Below are positions 13,631 to 26,500 of a stretch of 64,000 nucleotides of DNA, piece by piece. The position numbers and the translations under genes were made by a program. This stretch comes from Anthoceros angustus (Eukaryota; Plantae; Anthocerotophyta). Within the stretch, counting starts at the first letter, position 1. Each line of letters starts with the position of its first letter. The notes below the pieces were generated by a model, which did no database searches, had not been told where the DNA came from, and saw nothing but the letters and a program-made list of their open reading frames with translations. Location of the stretch: positions 248,001 through 312,000 of the forward strand of contig VJWM01000007.1 in NCBI GenBank assembly GCA_010909165.1, written 5' to 3'.

Positions 13631-14201
13631 GTTATTGAGGTGAAAAAATGATGGGAAGAGCCATCCTAGAGGGGACAACCAAAGGAGACCCCGAGGGTCG
13701 AGGTGGAGAGGAGCGGGGACAACCAAAGGGGACTCCGAGGGTTGAGGTGGAGAGGAGCAACTAAGCTCCCTACCTAAAGTCACCTACTGCATCCACATAG
13801 CCTGCAAACCACAGAGGTAGAGGAAGATGTGTCACCTACTATCGCCGCCTTGTGGAGGATCAGCGTTGAGAGCACCCGTTGAAAGACAATTGAAACCCGC
13901 TGTCGGAAGTATGCTGTGAAGTACGAGAGGGATAGCCACGCACCTGTGCATATGGTAAGCTTTGGCACAGGACTTGACAAATTTGTCAAAGTCCTCAGCC
14001 ATTGCTCCATAGCTTCTAGTGCAAGCGGAATAAAGAGGTCGCCCTCTTGCATCCTATTTTATTTGCGGACTTTGAAAGCCGCTGGTCCGGCAGCAACCCA
14101 ACCTGGACGGTTAGTGATGACCTGAGGGGAGATGGTGTCACGTGCAAGATTAGTAACCGCCATATCTGCCACTAAAACATGGTCGCCACGGACAAGGTAC
14201 A
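13631..14201 (-). mobile_element. 5'-truncated CRE-clade non-LTR retrotransposon fragment (family A, 3' end with REL endonuclease)
   Basis: FIPLALEAM...LSLSYFTAYFRQRVSIVFQR; 3' UTR nearly identical to that of the element at 61075-63922. Confidence 0.82.
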
Positions 14202-14515
14202 CGTTTCTTTTAAGGAACTTATCAATGTATCGGGTTCGCCATATTGGGTGCCGTTTGCCAATTATAGGTACTTTTAGCTCTATGGGAATTAAAAATATTT
14301 TATATTTAAATTAATAGTTTTTATTAAATGATTATTTTATCCTTAGCGCTGGTCGGTCCAAGCTTTCATAACGGGCAGTTCTGGTTGGGCAACCTAGGTT
14401 TTTGTGTCTCTGTGCGCCTGGCCCGTCTACAAGTGTCAATCCCTTCTTCGATTGTGCTCGCTGCACACCTACTCCTAGGAATTGAGAACCATGAATAAGA
14501 TGGTTAGCATATACA

Positions 14516-14930
14516 ATGGCTACTGATACACCTGCCAGTCTTGCGGATATGGAAAATAATTATGTAGATATTGAAGAAACAGATGAGGACATCGTCTTAG
14601 CCACTCAAGAGCAGCACGCAAAGGCTAAAATAAAGCGAGAGTTGAGTCATCTATGGACACAGGAAGCCATCGTGGTGTTGATAGGGGCTTATTACAAAGT
14701 GCATCTGGTGCTCTTGAAACAGGGCAACTTTGGCACCAAAGCACTGGAGCGAGGTGGCACAAGAGGTGACCAGTAATGTGGTCTTGCAGTTGTCAGTGCC
14801 AGCAGGACGTGTAAAATGAAGATGGAGAACTTGAAGAAACAATTCTGGAAAGAGAAAGAGCGGAAGACTACAATTGGTAACATAATTAAACACAACTTAG
14901 CTACACTTCCACGTCATGGCAAATCTTTGT
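14516..14930 (+). pseudogene. Decayed Myb/SANT-like (trihelix) ORF, probably PIF/Harbinger-derived
   Basis: LWTQEAIVVLIGAY...KHWSEVAQEV...KMENLKKQFWKEKERK across a frameshift and a stop. Confidence 0.6.
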
Positions 14931-15560
14931 GAGAAGAACCCTTTTTTGGGATCGTAGAGGCTTTGGACCTTAATAAGTCACATGCCAACAATAGTGGTTA
15001 AAGTTTTGCTTTCCAGGCTGCACAAAATGCCACACCTGAAGCATCTGGCCGCACTAGTGATTACTAGGAAGCCCCATCACAAGTGAGCCCTCCTAAACAG
15101 ACACCGGAAGCTCACAATTTTGCTGAAGATCAATTTGTTGATTCCTCGAACAAGCCTTGATCACAACACAGCGATCATAAGGTAGACTTTATCCAGGCAA
15201 AGAAGGCGAAGAGGAGAAGGTCTTCGAGTGCTAGATTGAGCAAGGACCTTATTACAAGATTGTCTGCCTTTGCAGAATGTCGAGTGAGACCTGCGTCGAG
15301 TAATAAATCCTCCTCTATCCATCCATCCATCTATATATCTATCTTTTTGACCATGACACATAACCATGAGTCCCTAAGAATTCAATGGTCAAGCATCATT
15401 ATTGGGGTGGATAAGAACTACGATCGAGGGACTTCGAATATTTGAAATTAAAATAAGTATGAAGTCTCATGAAGCTCCAAGGTAGTTGGTCACTTAGTCT
15501 ATCTGCACGATCTAATCTACATCTGTAGCACTCTATGCATAATGCTTGTCAATAACTTAC

Positions 15561-15718
15561 CGAAGAGCTATGACTTCACGACAATAGCGGTGCGGCTTCT
15601 TTACCCCTGCAGTTGTGTGAGCATATTTGCTAGCAATTCTGGCGGGAAAATGTTTTTTTATACCCTCGACAGCGGTGGACTTGCGGGCTATTTTCTTTGC
15701 TTGCTTGGCACGAACCAT
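15561..15718 (-). pseudogene. Orphan divergent histone H3 N-terminal exon
   Basis: MVRAKQAKKIARKST...GVKKPHRYCREVIALR followed by donor GTAAGT; no histone-fold exon seen downstream. Confidence 0.75.
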
Positions 15719-16565
15719 CGTTGTTTCCTTTAAATGCACACCATGTAGTCAAAAGTTAAAAATAAAGGCACATAGTTTTGAATATACAAGTTATTATACA
15801 ACAATCAATTCATAATCTATTGCTATCACAACCAATGACCTCCTACCCTCCTAACTCTTTGGCTTCACAATATTTGTGAAGTGAAACTGAATTGAAAACA
15901 AGTATCGTGATTCAAACTAAGAAAGTAAGATAGCGCTAGTTTCATAATCTCGAGCTTAATGTACATATTTCTACAACTCATATTCTACATGCATTTTTTG
16001 TATGATGATAAAGTACAGTTCTAAATTTGAATATATCACCAATTTATTACTATATTACTAGATAATAATTAGGCATCCACAGATACGGAGAATGATCATG
16101 AACCCTTTCCGTGCGCCGGTGAGTATCAAACCATAGAAATTTAGTGCTGACAACAGTTGAAAACCCAACTTTCAGCTCAAAAACTAGTATTTCAATGGTT
16201 TTTTAATAACAGAATAATTTGTTCTTTTCCTCTAAAACTCCTTGATTCGAAGGACCAAATAAGATTATTTAAGAGTGCAAGAGCAAATTATTCCGCTTGT
16301 AGTCCAGTGCAAAAACAGATCATTTTATTTCTGTCATAGTGCAAGAGCAGTTTATTCCGCTCTAGTCCTGTGCCTTGTCAAAATAAAGTTTAGAATGAGT
16401 TTCATAGATACATACTTACTGTTGGCGTGAATCAGGTATGCCCTTAAGCCCCATTCGCTTCTGCATCTAAATTATTTACAAGCATAATAGAAGAAAATGG
16501 AAAACACCTGAGGCAACTAGGCCGTTGACTATGGCTCTCTAAGAAGCTCTACTTATTTTTCACTA

Positions 16566-16915
16566 TCGTACCCCGAGGGGTGGTTCAACAGGATAATGCC
16601 GAAATAATTATTTTTTGAATAAAAATCAGGTTCAACATAAATATTTATATTTTCAAAATTTCAAAATTTACAAAAAATAATTTTATCAAATTTTAAAATT
16701 TATTAAAATACATAGGTATATATATAAAACTAATGGATATGTATAGACCTCCCATAAATAGGCCCTAAGTTTCCACAAAAACCCTAATTTTCTTGTTTTC
16801 GGCATCATAAACTCATAAATTTTTACTTATTCAACATTTTAAGTATAATAATTTATGGATTTTCAACTTTTATTAATTTTAATTAATTAACGCCGAATCA
16901 CCCCTTGGGGTACGG
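16566..16915. mobile_element. TA-flanked MITE (Tc1/mariner-type, second family)
   Basis: TA|TCGTACCCCGAGGGGTGGTTC ... GAATCACCCCTTGGGGTACGG|TA; very AT-rich interior. Confidence 0.82.
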
Positions 16916-17198
16916 TATTGATCCTTAATAAATAAATTTCGGAATCAATTTCATACATACTTACCTATTGTTGTTTCTAATATTGTTCAGCAGCAAATAA
17001 GTAAGTATGAAACTTCCAAGTGTGTTTGATTAGTTTCATATATATCTACTTGTTCCTTCCGTGAAGCAAGCTTGACCCATGAGCTTGTTCCTCTTCTGCA
17101 TCTACGCTCAAGCACAATAGAAGGAAATGAAAAACACTCAAACAAACTAGGCCGGTGACTACCTTGCCGAGAAACTTTGCTGCCTGCTCTTTGCCAAT

Positions 17199-17342
17199 AA
17201 CCTCGTCCTACAATCCACCATAAAGGGTGCAGTGCTAAAGCTACAACAACCTCGTCCTACTGTCCACCAGGAAGGGTGCAATGCTAAAGCTACAACAACC
17301 TCGTCCTACTATCCACCATGAAGGGTGCAATGTTCAAGCTAC
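17199..17342. repeat. 49-bp tandem repeat x3
   Basis: aacctcgtcctac..tccacca..aagggtgca.tgctaaagctacaac units starting ~17199, 17248, 17297. Confidence 0.9.
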
Positions 17343-17514
17343 GAGATGCCTTGGAGGCCTTTTGCATGGAGAGGTCTTTTGTAGGGAGAGGCCTTTTGTG
17401 GGGAGAGGCACCTCACCGTCAACTTTTTTTTTAGAGAATTCAGAGGCTTTATATAGATATTTCAAAGTATACATCGAAGTCCCACACTGGGAGTGTTAAT
17501 CTAGAGTAACCTTG

Positions 17515-17962
17515 CAAGGCACTAACAACGGGCGCCCCCGCACACTTCATAAATGAGGGCATGATTTATAGTTGAGGATGGGTAGCCAAGGCACTAACAA
17601 CGGACGCCCCCGCACACTTCAGAAACGAGGGCATGATTTATAGTTGAGGATGGGTAGCACCCCATCCAAGTACTGATCTATCACACAGTACGGAGACGAG
17701 GGCATAGTTTATAGCTGAAGATGGATGACACCCCATCCAAGTACTGATTTATCGCACACTACGGAGATGAGGGCATGACTTATAGGCTGAGGCCAGGTAG
17801 CACCCCATCCAAGTACTGATCTATCGCACACTACGGAGACGAGGGCATGATCTATAGCTGAGGATGGGTTGCACCCCATCTAAGTACTGATTTATCGCAC
17901 GCTACAGGGAGGAGGGCATGATTTATAGCTTAGGATGGGTGGCACCCCATACAAGTATTGAT
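17515..17962. repeat. Compound 71-72-bp minisatellite (~6 units)
   Basis: GAGGGCAT recurs at 17555, 17627, 17698, 17769, 17841, 17912. Confidence 0.92.
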
Positions 17963-18395
17963 TTCTTCCAAGATTGCTTGATTGTGGAGATCCAATGAAC
18001 CCATGTACATCCGGATGTCACTTTATGGAAGGACCCTCATTGTCAACTTAGGCAAGACCTAGACATGATTCTTTAACATAGGTACTCCATAGGCAATGTG
18101 GAGGAACTTCCTATATGTCGGCAATGAGATAGAGGCCACCTCCTCTTACTAGTACTTGGGGCTACACATTTACAATAACAAACCCATATGCTAGGAAGAT
18201 CAGAGCTAACCTACTACAGGCTGGTTGAAGCAAGCTATTTGTGCTCGCGGCAGCAGACCTACAGGGCATGCACACGATTTGATTATTTGATGTTGTCCCT
18301 GAGTTAGGACACGCTAGACTCCCAGGGGTGAGTTATCTGCGTGATACCGTGATACCACCTTACTGAATTGAATTGAATGATAGATATAAAATAAT

Positions 18396-18880
18396 GGGGG
18401 AAAGAAGACTCTATTATAAAAAAGAGATGGGAAAAACCCATCCACCCCAAAAACAAAAGGGGAAAAACCCAACGAAGGGCACCATGCCAGGGGAACTAGC
18501 CCCCACGATCACGCATTTCAAAACTACCAACCGCCCGAAGAACTTCGTGGTCAGGTATGTGAAAAGGCCTACTTACCACCGGTGTTGAAGAAGCCGCATC
18601 TCCCGCGCTCGTTGTCGTTCTATACACTGCATTAGCCAACGCTCTTTGCAGAGCTATGGAAACCCTTTGCCGGAAGAAAGCAACAATATAAGAAAGGGGG
18701 AGGCCAACCCCATTTCTGCGGCTATGATAATCCTTGATGCAGGTCTTGACGAACCTAGAGAAATCTTTGCCCATGGCTCTGTGAGTCTCAATGGCAAGGG
18801 GGACAAAGGCGTGGCCGTCCTGCATAGGAAAGTACTTGTGGACCTTAGCCATCGCGCATCCTCCGCCGCCCAACCTGGAG
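18396..18880 (-). mobile_element. Short 5'-truncated CRE-clade retrotransposon (family B) with 13-bp TSD
   Basis: FVPLAIETHRAMGKDF...FFRQRVSIALQRALANA; GATATAAAATAAT at 18383-18395 and 18881-18893. Confidence 0.88.
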
Positions 18881-19311
18881 GATATAAAATAATTCATTTA
18901 CTTATATTATTCCCTATCAAGATGATGTTCAGAATCGTATTACTTTCTGGCCTTTCTATTGCCTATTTACATATGTACCGATCGGTTTTATTCTGTCCAT
19001 GAAGTTTAGAATCGTATTTGAATTGAGACGGCAAACACGGCAGGTGTGGCTGCGTAGTTCTATTTCCCGTCTATGTTTGTAGGATGCTTGCGGCTGTCAC
19101 TCTACATAATTGTTATTTTGCTCTTGACCACGATCTGCTGGCCTTCCTAGGTTTGATGTTCCCGGTCCGTTCCGGTTTCTGTTCTCTTAATATATGTAGG
19201 GTTTATGTGCACAGCTAGCGAGCGCTGGAGGCTTGCACTCTGACCCGCAGGTAAAGGAGGGGCGGGTCCTATCAGTCGATCGGTGGCACGGGTTCGTAGA
19301 TCCTGCCCATC

Positions 19312-22062
19312 ATGCTGTCCGCGGGTGCGAAGCATGTTCGTCGCGTCAAGGTGAGAGCACGGATCCCGCTTCCGGCACGGTCCAGCTGAATGGTTCAGTT
19401 GTTTGGAATGTGCGTACTCATGTGGACATCTTGGAGTGCAGCGCGCAGCGCAAGTCACCAGAGAAATTACGAATAGTGCCATTTTGAGACAGGCCGTGCC
19501 AGCGGTAGTGAAATCTCCTCCGTCTGGAGGGTTGTTGTCATGGTTGCTTGGTGATACTCCCAAGAATGTGTTGCCGCCCTTGTTTGAACCCTTACCAGGG
19601 GTTCGTCTACCAGAGCCGCTGCCTGATGATGTGAAGCCCTCCAAGACCAAAATCACGACGCTTCAGAATGGTCTCAAAATCGCTTCTGAAGAGACTCCGG
19701 TACTTGGGGCCACTGCTCTCCTGGATTACTTCGTTTCTGTTCTCTGGAGTTCTCAGATTTGAAGCTAGTTGTCGGCATGCTGATCCTGCGCCCTTTTCGT
19801 GTAGGGTCCAACTGCGACCATTGGAGTGTATGTGGACAGTGGGTGTGTATATGAGAACCCAACCAATTGTGGAGCTACTCATCTCTTGGAACGAATGGCG
19901 TTCAAGAGCACGAAGAATCGGTCTCATTTTCGTTTGATCCGTGAAGTAGAGGCAATTGGAGGAAATGTGACAGCTTCTGCATCCCGGGAGCAAATGGCGT
20001 ACACCGGTGACACCTTGAAGACATTTTTGCCTGAAATGGTGGAGATCCTTCTGGATACTGTCAGAAATCCTGTCTTCCACGAGTGGGAAGTGAAAGAGCA
20101 GTTGGCCAGAGTGAAAGCTGAGCTTGCTGAAGTGGCAAACAATCCGCATAGCATATTGTTGGAGGCCTTGCATTCAGCTGGGTATTCTGGTGCTCTTGGG
20201 CAAACTCTTTTGGCCCCCGAATCATCTCTGGCGAGGCTGAATGGTGCAATTCTTCAAGAGTTTGTTGCAGTAAGTGGTTTGCAGCTTTAGAAAGGACTGC
20301 CGATTTCTCAGGGCAATTAGCAGGGTAACGCATATCTGTAGGGGTTCATGGGATCTGGTCCTTCGTTCTGTCTTGTCTGCAGGAAAACTTCACAGCCCCA
20401 AGGATTGTGTTGGCAGCGTCAGGTGTTGACCATGAAGATTTGCTGTCTACTGCGAAGCCTCTCATTGAAGATCTGCCTGCAGGCCCTCCGCCATCAGTTC
20501 CAAAATCCAAGTACACGGGTGGAGACTGGCGTCAATCTGTTGAATCCCCGGTCAGTTTTATGAACAGCATGCTCACCGTTGTTGCTCGTATGGTGGGGGG
20601 TGATTATCTTGCTGGATTTCACTATGTGGATCTGTCTTTCACTTGGTTTGTATACTGAGAGAGTAGACCGTTGTGTTTGTGTACTCTAGAAAACGCATGT
20701 TGCATGTGCTTTCGAAGTTCCAGGTGGATGGCGAGATGAGAAGGATTCTGTGACAGTGACAGTATTGCAGGTGATTCTGGTCTTGCTACTGTTTCGATGC
20801 ATGTCACGTCAGCTATTGTCTTTATCAGGACTCTGGTGTGCAGCAGGAGATTTTAATTTGTGGCTTGGTTCCTTATTTCCTTGCGCTGACAGACACTCCT
20901 TGGTGGAGGTGGATCGTTTTCTCCTGGAGGGCCTGGCAAGGGGATGTATTCTCGATTGTGTAAGTTGCGTTCATTCATTTTTGTGAGCAAGCTGGTACGA
21001 AATCCAAGCATCAGTATGGCTGCATGACGTTCTTCCGACATTCATCATCTCGTCTCATGTTGTTGATCATTAGATACCCGAGTACTGAACAAGTATGAGA
21101 AAGTGCAATCCTTCACTGCCTTCAGCAGCATATACAATGAGAGTGGCTTATTTGGAATCCATGGCATTTCGGTAGGTTGCAGTTCACTGTATGACCATCG
21201 GGTTCTGGTGGATGATGGTTGCTGCAGTGGGTCTTTTGTATGGAAAAATGGCTGAGGGATGTTGGAAGTTTTCCCTACACAGCTGTGATGGTTCTTGTTC
21301 AATACATCTGAAGTGATTGTGAGTAATTTCTTCCATGTTGCAGGGTTCTGACTTTGTGCCTAAGCTTGTGGATCTAATTGCTAAGGAGCTGACTGCTGTT
21401 GCCTCACCTGGACAAGGTTGGTCTTCCAAACTGACAAACATTTAAGTGCACCTCTTTTGGATGACACATTGGTCGGCTTCCGGTTTCCTAAGGTCCCAGT
21501 GATTTCCGATTGCAGTGACTGAGTTGGAGCTTCGACGTGCAAAGAACACCACAATCTCAGCTGTGTTGATGAACTTGGAATCACGGGTCGGTTTACCTTT
21601 TCAGTTGAGCACATCAATTTTCTTGCATCGTGGGCTCCTAACTGGGTTACTGGTATCTCAGGTGGTTGCAGCTGAAGATATTGGGCGGCAGATCCTCACT
21701 TATGGCCACAGGTATTGGAGTCAATGCCTTCCCTGACTCTTCCCTTCATGTCTGTCAGATCAGGTGGGGGTGCCTCATTCTGACTTTGTCTCTGAATGGT
21801 TGGTACCCACCCATGGCACAGGAAACCGCCCGCCGAGTTCATTGACGCAGTGAACTCTTTAACTCTCAAAGACATCTCAGCTGTGGCAGAAAAAATCATA
21901 GCGACCCCTTTGACAATGGCTTCTTGGGGTGATGGTGAGACTCTAGTCATGCTACTGGGCTGTGCTTTTCACTACTCGTCACTGTGTGATTCTCACTTGT
22001 GCATGTGCTTTGCAGTTGTTCATGCCCCGGGATATGATTCGGTGTCTCGGCAGTTTTCGTAG
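19312..22062 (+). CDS. MPPA: Mitochondrial processing peptidase alpha subunit, multi-exon
   Basis: [27 protein letters not shown] (degenerate HxxEH), ASREQMAY, glycine-rich loop [39 protein letters not shown]. Confidence 0.96.
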
Positions 22063-22390
22063 TGGAGTGAGGAGGTGATGGATATCGACGCATTTATTGA
22101 TTGTAGGGTCCCCTCATCGGTGGCTACGGGAAGGTGTTTGGTTCAGAGCGTTTTTCTCTGTAACTCAATGTTGCTTGGGAAGCTCGAACTTGGCGCGATA
22201 TTGGCTTTAGCAGCTCCCAAGGACCGGGCGCCGTCCCAATGACGAGAGTATTTGGGTTATGAACGTTGGCGGTCGGGACCTTCAATTTGTCACGGTAGGG
22301 CATTTTAGGCTCGTCCGGTGAGTATTGAAAAAATATGCGACGGCTTCGTCCAAAAATTGAACGTCAGAGTTTTTCATACGTGCCCGTGCG

Positions 22391-23207
22391 TCAGGCCCAA
22401 AACTTGTTCTTCTTGAATATGAGATCCGAGGTCTTCACGCGATCTATCCTGGCAGCTACAATGAAGTCATTCTCCGTCAAGCCTCCTGCCGAACAAGATG
22501 TTAGTCTCGGAGATGAAGCAAGTCGAAGTGGAAGAAACCAGACAAATGTTACAAACTAGACAAATGAAGCCACTGACCGACGGAGTGAGACCACAAACAG
22601 ACTCTGGCTCTGTTGCCCTGTTCAAGATGAAGGTCCGGGTGGTGACCAGCGGCCTCCGCCACCTCAGCTATACGTTCGAACAGCTCAATGCCAGCAGCAA
22701 AACTCTTGAGCTTCCACTCGCACTCGATGCGAAGGCCTCCCTGGTCGGTAAGTCTCCAGGCAACTACCTGCGGAATCCAAGCAGACTCTGAACAAAGGCA
22801 AGCCACATGCTCACGCTCATTCTCACGCTGGAGGTTGGTGAGGAGTGGACCTTGCGAAGTAGAGCTTTGGCCTCGTCCGCGGAGAGAGGCTGCGTGCCTG
22901 GAGCAAGGGGTGTGATGGCGCGGTCGGCGAGGCCCAGGAGGTGCGGCGGAATGAGGATCACATGCTCTGTGCTGGCATTTCCCAACACCTTATCTCCGAA
23001 TCTGCTCTCGATTTCAGAGGATGTTGGATCTCTGGCTCCAACCTCTCCCAAAGGATCCGACGACACGGCCTGTGCCTTGAATCCGCCTTGTGGAAGTCGT
23101 GAACTGGAGATGAGGCCGGGTCGAAGCTTGGCAGGTGGAGTTTGAGATGGCAGCATCGACGCAACCGCAGGGACGGCAACGGTGAGTTGTCTCAGCTGCA
23201 GCGCCAT
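22391..23207 (-). CDS. RAF2: Plastid pterin-4a-carbinolamine dehydratase-like protein (Rubisco accumulation factor 2), 3 exons
   Basis: Transit peptide; GARDP..EIESRFGDKVLGNASTEHVILIP; AEAAGHHPDLHLE; GGLTENDFIVAARIDRVKTSDL..KFWA*. Confidence 0.9.
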
Positions 23208-23506
23208 TGTGCATGGCATCGTTACCTCTATCCTACAAAGTAAGATGCAAAATGGCTTCTCCTTACCCGACCGCGGAGCTATTTCGTGTGGCTTCTAATG
23301 TCGGACATTCGTAGCTAAGTAGCCTCTCAAATGGATTGCTTACCGACTGCATTGCCCGGCGTGCACGTAAGTATGTAAACAGGGCAAAATTCGTCATTTG
23401 AACTCGAGCGTGAGGACTCGACACGGGCAATAGGTGTCGAGTGGTGCCGGAATAACTTTTAATCAATGCTTGCAAGTCACATGAAACTGTAATTTCCTCC
23501 TGTCCA

Positions 23507-26500
23507 TTAGCGGCCCCTTTCGTGGAATAGGCCCAGTTCAGAAGCAACCAGCCGTAGCAGCACCCGCAGAAGCTGTTTCACCCTTCCTTCCCTGCACAAG
23601 GTCGTAACAGGAAAATCAGCCGATACCCAATGTGCCTTGCCCTGCAGAACTTGAGCTGCCTTTAATATCTACCCACCTTGAGGTCACCAGTTCACATAGG
23701 GGTGTGAAAAGTAGGAGCAGATGGGCATGCTCCCAACCCAACTGACGCCTTTGGGCATCCAGAAACCGTGCAGGCGAATATGACGCTCGATGTTGGTCCG
23801 TAGCATTTGAGGTCTCTTCTCGGTGGCTTATTGGTATGTCCACCACCGCAGCCGTCGCAGGGTGAAGGGAGAGACGAGCCAGCTCTTGAAGAACGAATAC
23901 TATCTCATCCAGTCTCATTTGAGGTAATTCGTTGTCCCCTGCATTTGCAAATCAACAGCCATTGGTATATGTCACCGAGAAAATGCAGTAGCACTGTAGC
24001 GAGGCACATCGTGAGCCCTCACACCTAGTGATGCCTCGTCCTTCGAAAACTGCCGCAATACGGAGTCACAACGTGCTATGAGAATTGGCAACGCCACCCT
24101 ACTTACAGCAATGCTTGAAGAGGCTGCGGGAACATCCATCTCAATACTGCCAAGACACAGGGCATGAACCAACTGGTCATCACAGAGCTAGAAAAATATG
24201 CACAAACAGACTACAACTTGAAATATTCCGAAACGAGGAAGTCAGCTATGCTGTTGGGGCTGATGAATCTCGTAAAGTTCACTATCGTTATCTCACCTGC
24301 ATAGGTTGAAGAGCTTTTGCAGGCATAGCAATGAGAATCTTCCACAGTTGGGAGGCAAAAGTGCAAGGCTTGCAACTGATAGAGCTGCTGTTCGTGCGGC
24401 ACACCGATCTATGACTGACACCAGTCGCTCAATAACCTGCGAATAAGGGTAAGGCATGAAGCTCCACTAACTTCAAAAGTTGACACAAGGGTGACACACT
24501 GGAGATGGTGGTGTGAGAGGGCATACCTCAAATGGAGCATCCTGACAGGATTTCAGCGCCTTCTCACACAGCACGTCAAGAATGCTTACTTCAAGCAACT
24601 CGTCAGCTTTCAATACCTCAGGTGCAATGCTCTCACCGGCTGGCAGATTACCAGCACGTCCACATGCACCAATTAAAAATTTCTCGTATACATCCGCAAC
24701 TTCGTTCCAAAATCTCATGCGGCCAGTTGTTGGAAAAGGTCCAGCCTGCACCATACTGTCTCTTGAAGCAGAAACTGGCTGGTTCAATGTGTCTGGCAAC
24801 AGGGCACCTTCAAAGGCGTGATTGAAGGCCTCAACTGCAGTTCTCCAAAGTGGACTGCTTGGCAAATCCCTTCTCGACTCCATGCACCTACAAGCATACT
24901 TTTGGTGAAGAAAGCTCCCTTTAACAAAAACTACAACGTTAACACGAACAGCTACTAAGAAATTCACCATCATACTGGCATTATTCACAGCACTTCTCAT
25001 GAAGCTCAACTCAAAAGACTGCCTAAAGTCACTGACAGGAATTAGAAGGCTATGAAGTTTCGTCATACCGTCCCAGTGCCGCAATCACGTCTGGTAGGAC
25101 AGCAACCTTTGCAGCTGTAGATGCTATCACATAGAGCTGGACCAGGACTGGGACACACTTCTCAGAAAAAGCAGGAGATAATGCATCCGCTGAACTTTCA
25201 CCACTGGATGGACCAGAGGTTGCTGCAGAAGTCTGAGATAGATTTCTGAAAGCTTCGATGGGCTCTCCAAGTTCTGTGGAAGTCTTTCCATTCTCAGTTG
25301 GTGAGCTCTCCGGCACTGGAATTTGTCCTCTCTCAGGAGGAATCAATTTCTTCTCGGGTGTCAGTGACTTTCTTTCTATCATCAGAGACTTCCGGTCAAA
25401 AAAAGAGGCCTTTCTTTCGGGTAGTACAGACTTCCTTTCCGCTAGAGATTTCCTTTCAGAATTTCTAAGAATCTCCCCACCAGGAAGGTAGTAGAGGAGC
25501 TGGCGCAGAAATGCTGGCCACAAGGACATAAGTCTTTCATCCATTGGCTTCAGCAATGGTAGCACTTCCAGAACTGTCCGTTGTACCATCGGGATGCTTC
25601 CCTGATATAACCACAAAGGAAACACAGTCAGCAGTTAGCCGCGGCTGACATCTCAAAGCCTGCAAACTTATTTCATATCAAAGTCGAATTGAAGCCCCAT
25701 CATACCTTGAGAATGGCAGGCTCATCCCCTGAGGTTACAGGACAGCGGATCATCAAATCAACCAAGCTGAGAAGCCGCAGATAGCTGTTTGGGTTGAACA
25801 TGCTGAAAGCATTAGAGTAGAGCTCACCTGCATAATTGATGAATCAACCAGCAAAGTCAGGAGACAACAAGAGTCCTCCCCCATGCATCAAAAGTGGCAC
25901 ATAAGGATTAAATCTTCGCATGAATTCCAACCTAAGTTTTGCACCAGCTCTTGCCGTGCTTTCACAGCCACCCTGCTTTCAAACTTAGCAGCGTTCCGAA
26001 TTACTTGCTCATAGGTTGCAAATGCCGTGTCAAAATAGTACACAGGTAGGGTGCCCTGTGCATACAGACAAGCACATGTCAGTACTATGCAGAAAATAAA
26101 CTCCAATGCCTTCTCGCCAGCACGATCAATTAATCTGGAAGCCAGGATGACCTTGGAAGCATGGCTGAGAACAACACTGTGGAGAGACGTGATGGCTGCC
26201 AGCGCCACCTCCTTGCTCCCTGTGTTGATACTCTCTTGGATAAAAACAAGAAGGGAGTTCCAGCCTAAAACAGAAGGAGAGTGAGTACACTACAGCCATG
26301 GCCGAAACCCTGAAACTCAATAAGCATGCAACAGAATCAATGCGATTACCTTGCTTGAAATTTCCCATGGAATGGAAAAACACAAAAAAGGGTCTTAACA
26401 GGCGACACATTCCACCCAGCACTAGCACCAATGTTTCATCCCATTGCTTCTGGGCTGTATTGCGGCTGTGGAAACAATGAGGAAAGGAGGAAACAAACAA

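Noticed and set aside
17515-17962. CRISPR-like array or hammerhead ribozyme array (CTGAGGA followed by a stem)
   Set aside because: Spacers are themselves repeated, context is eukaryotic with no cas genes, and the GAAA required after hammerhead stem II is missing
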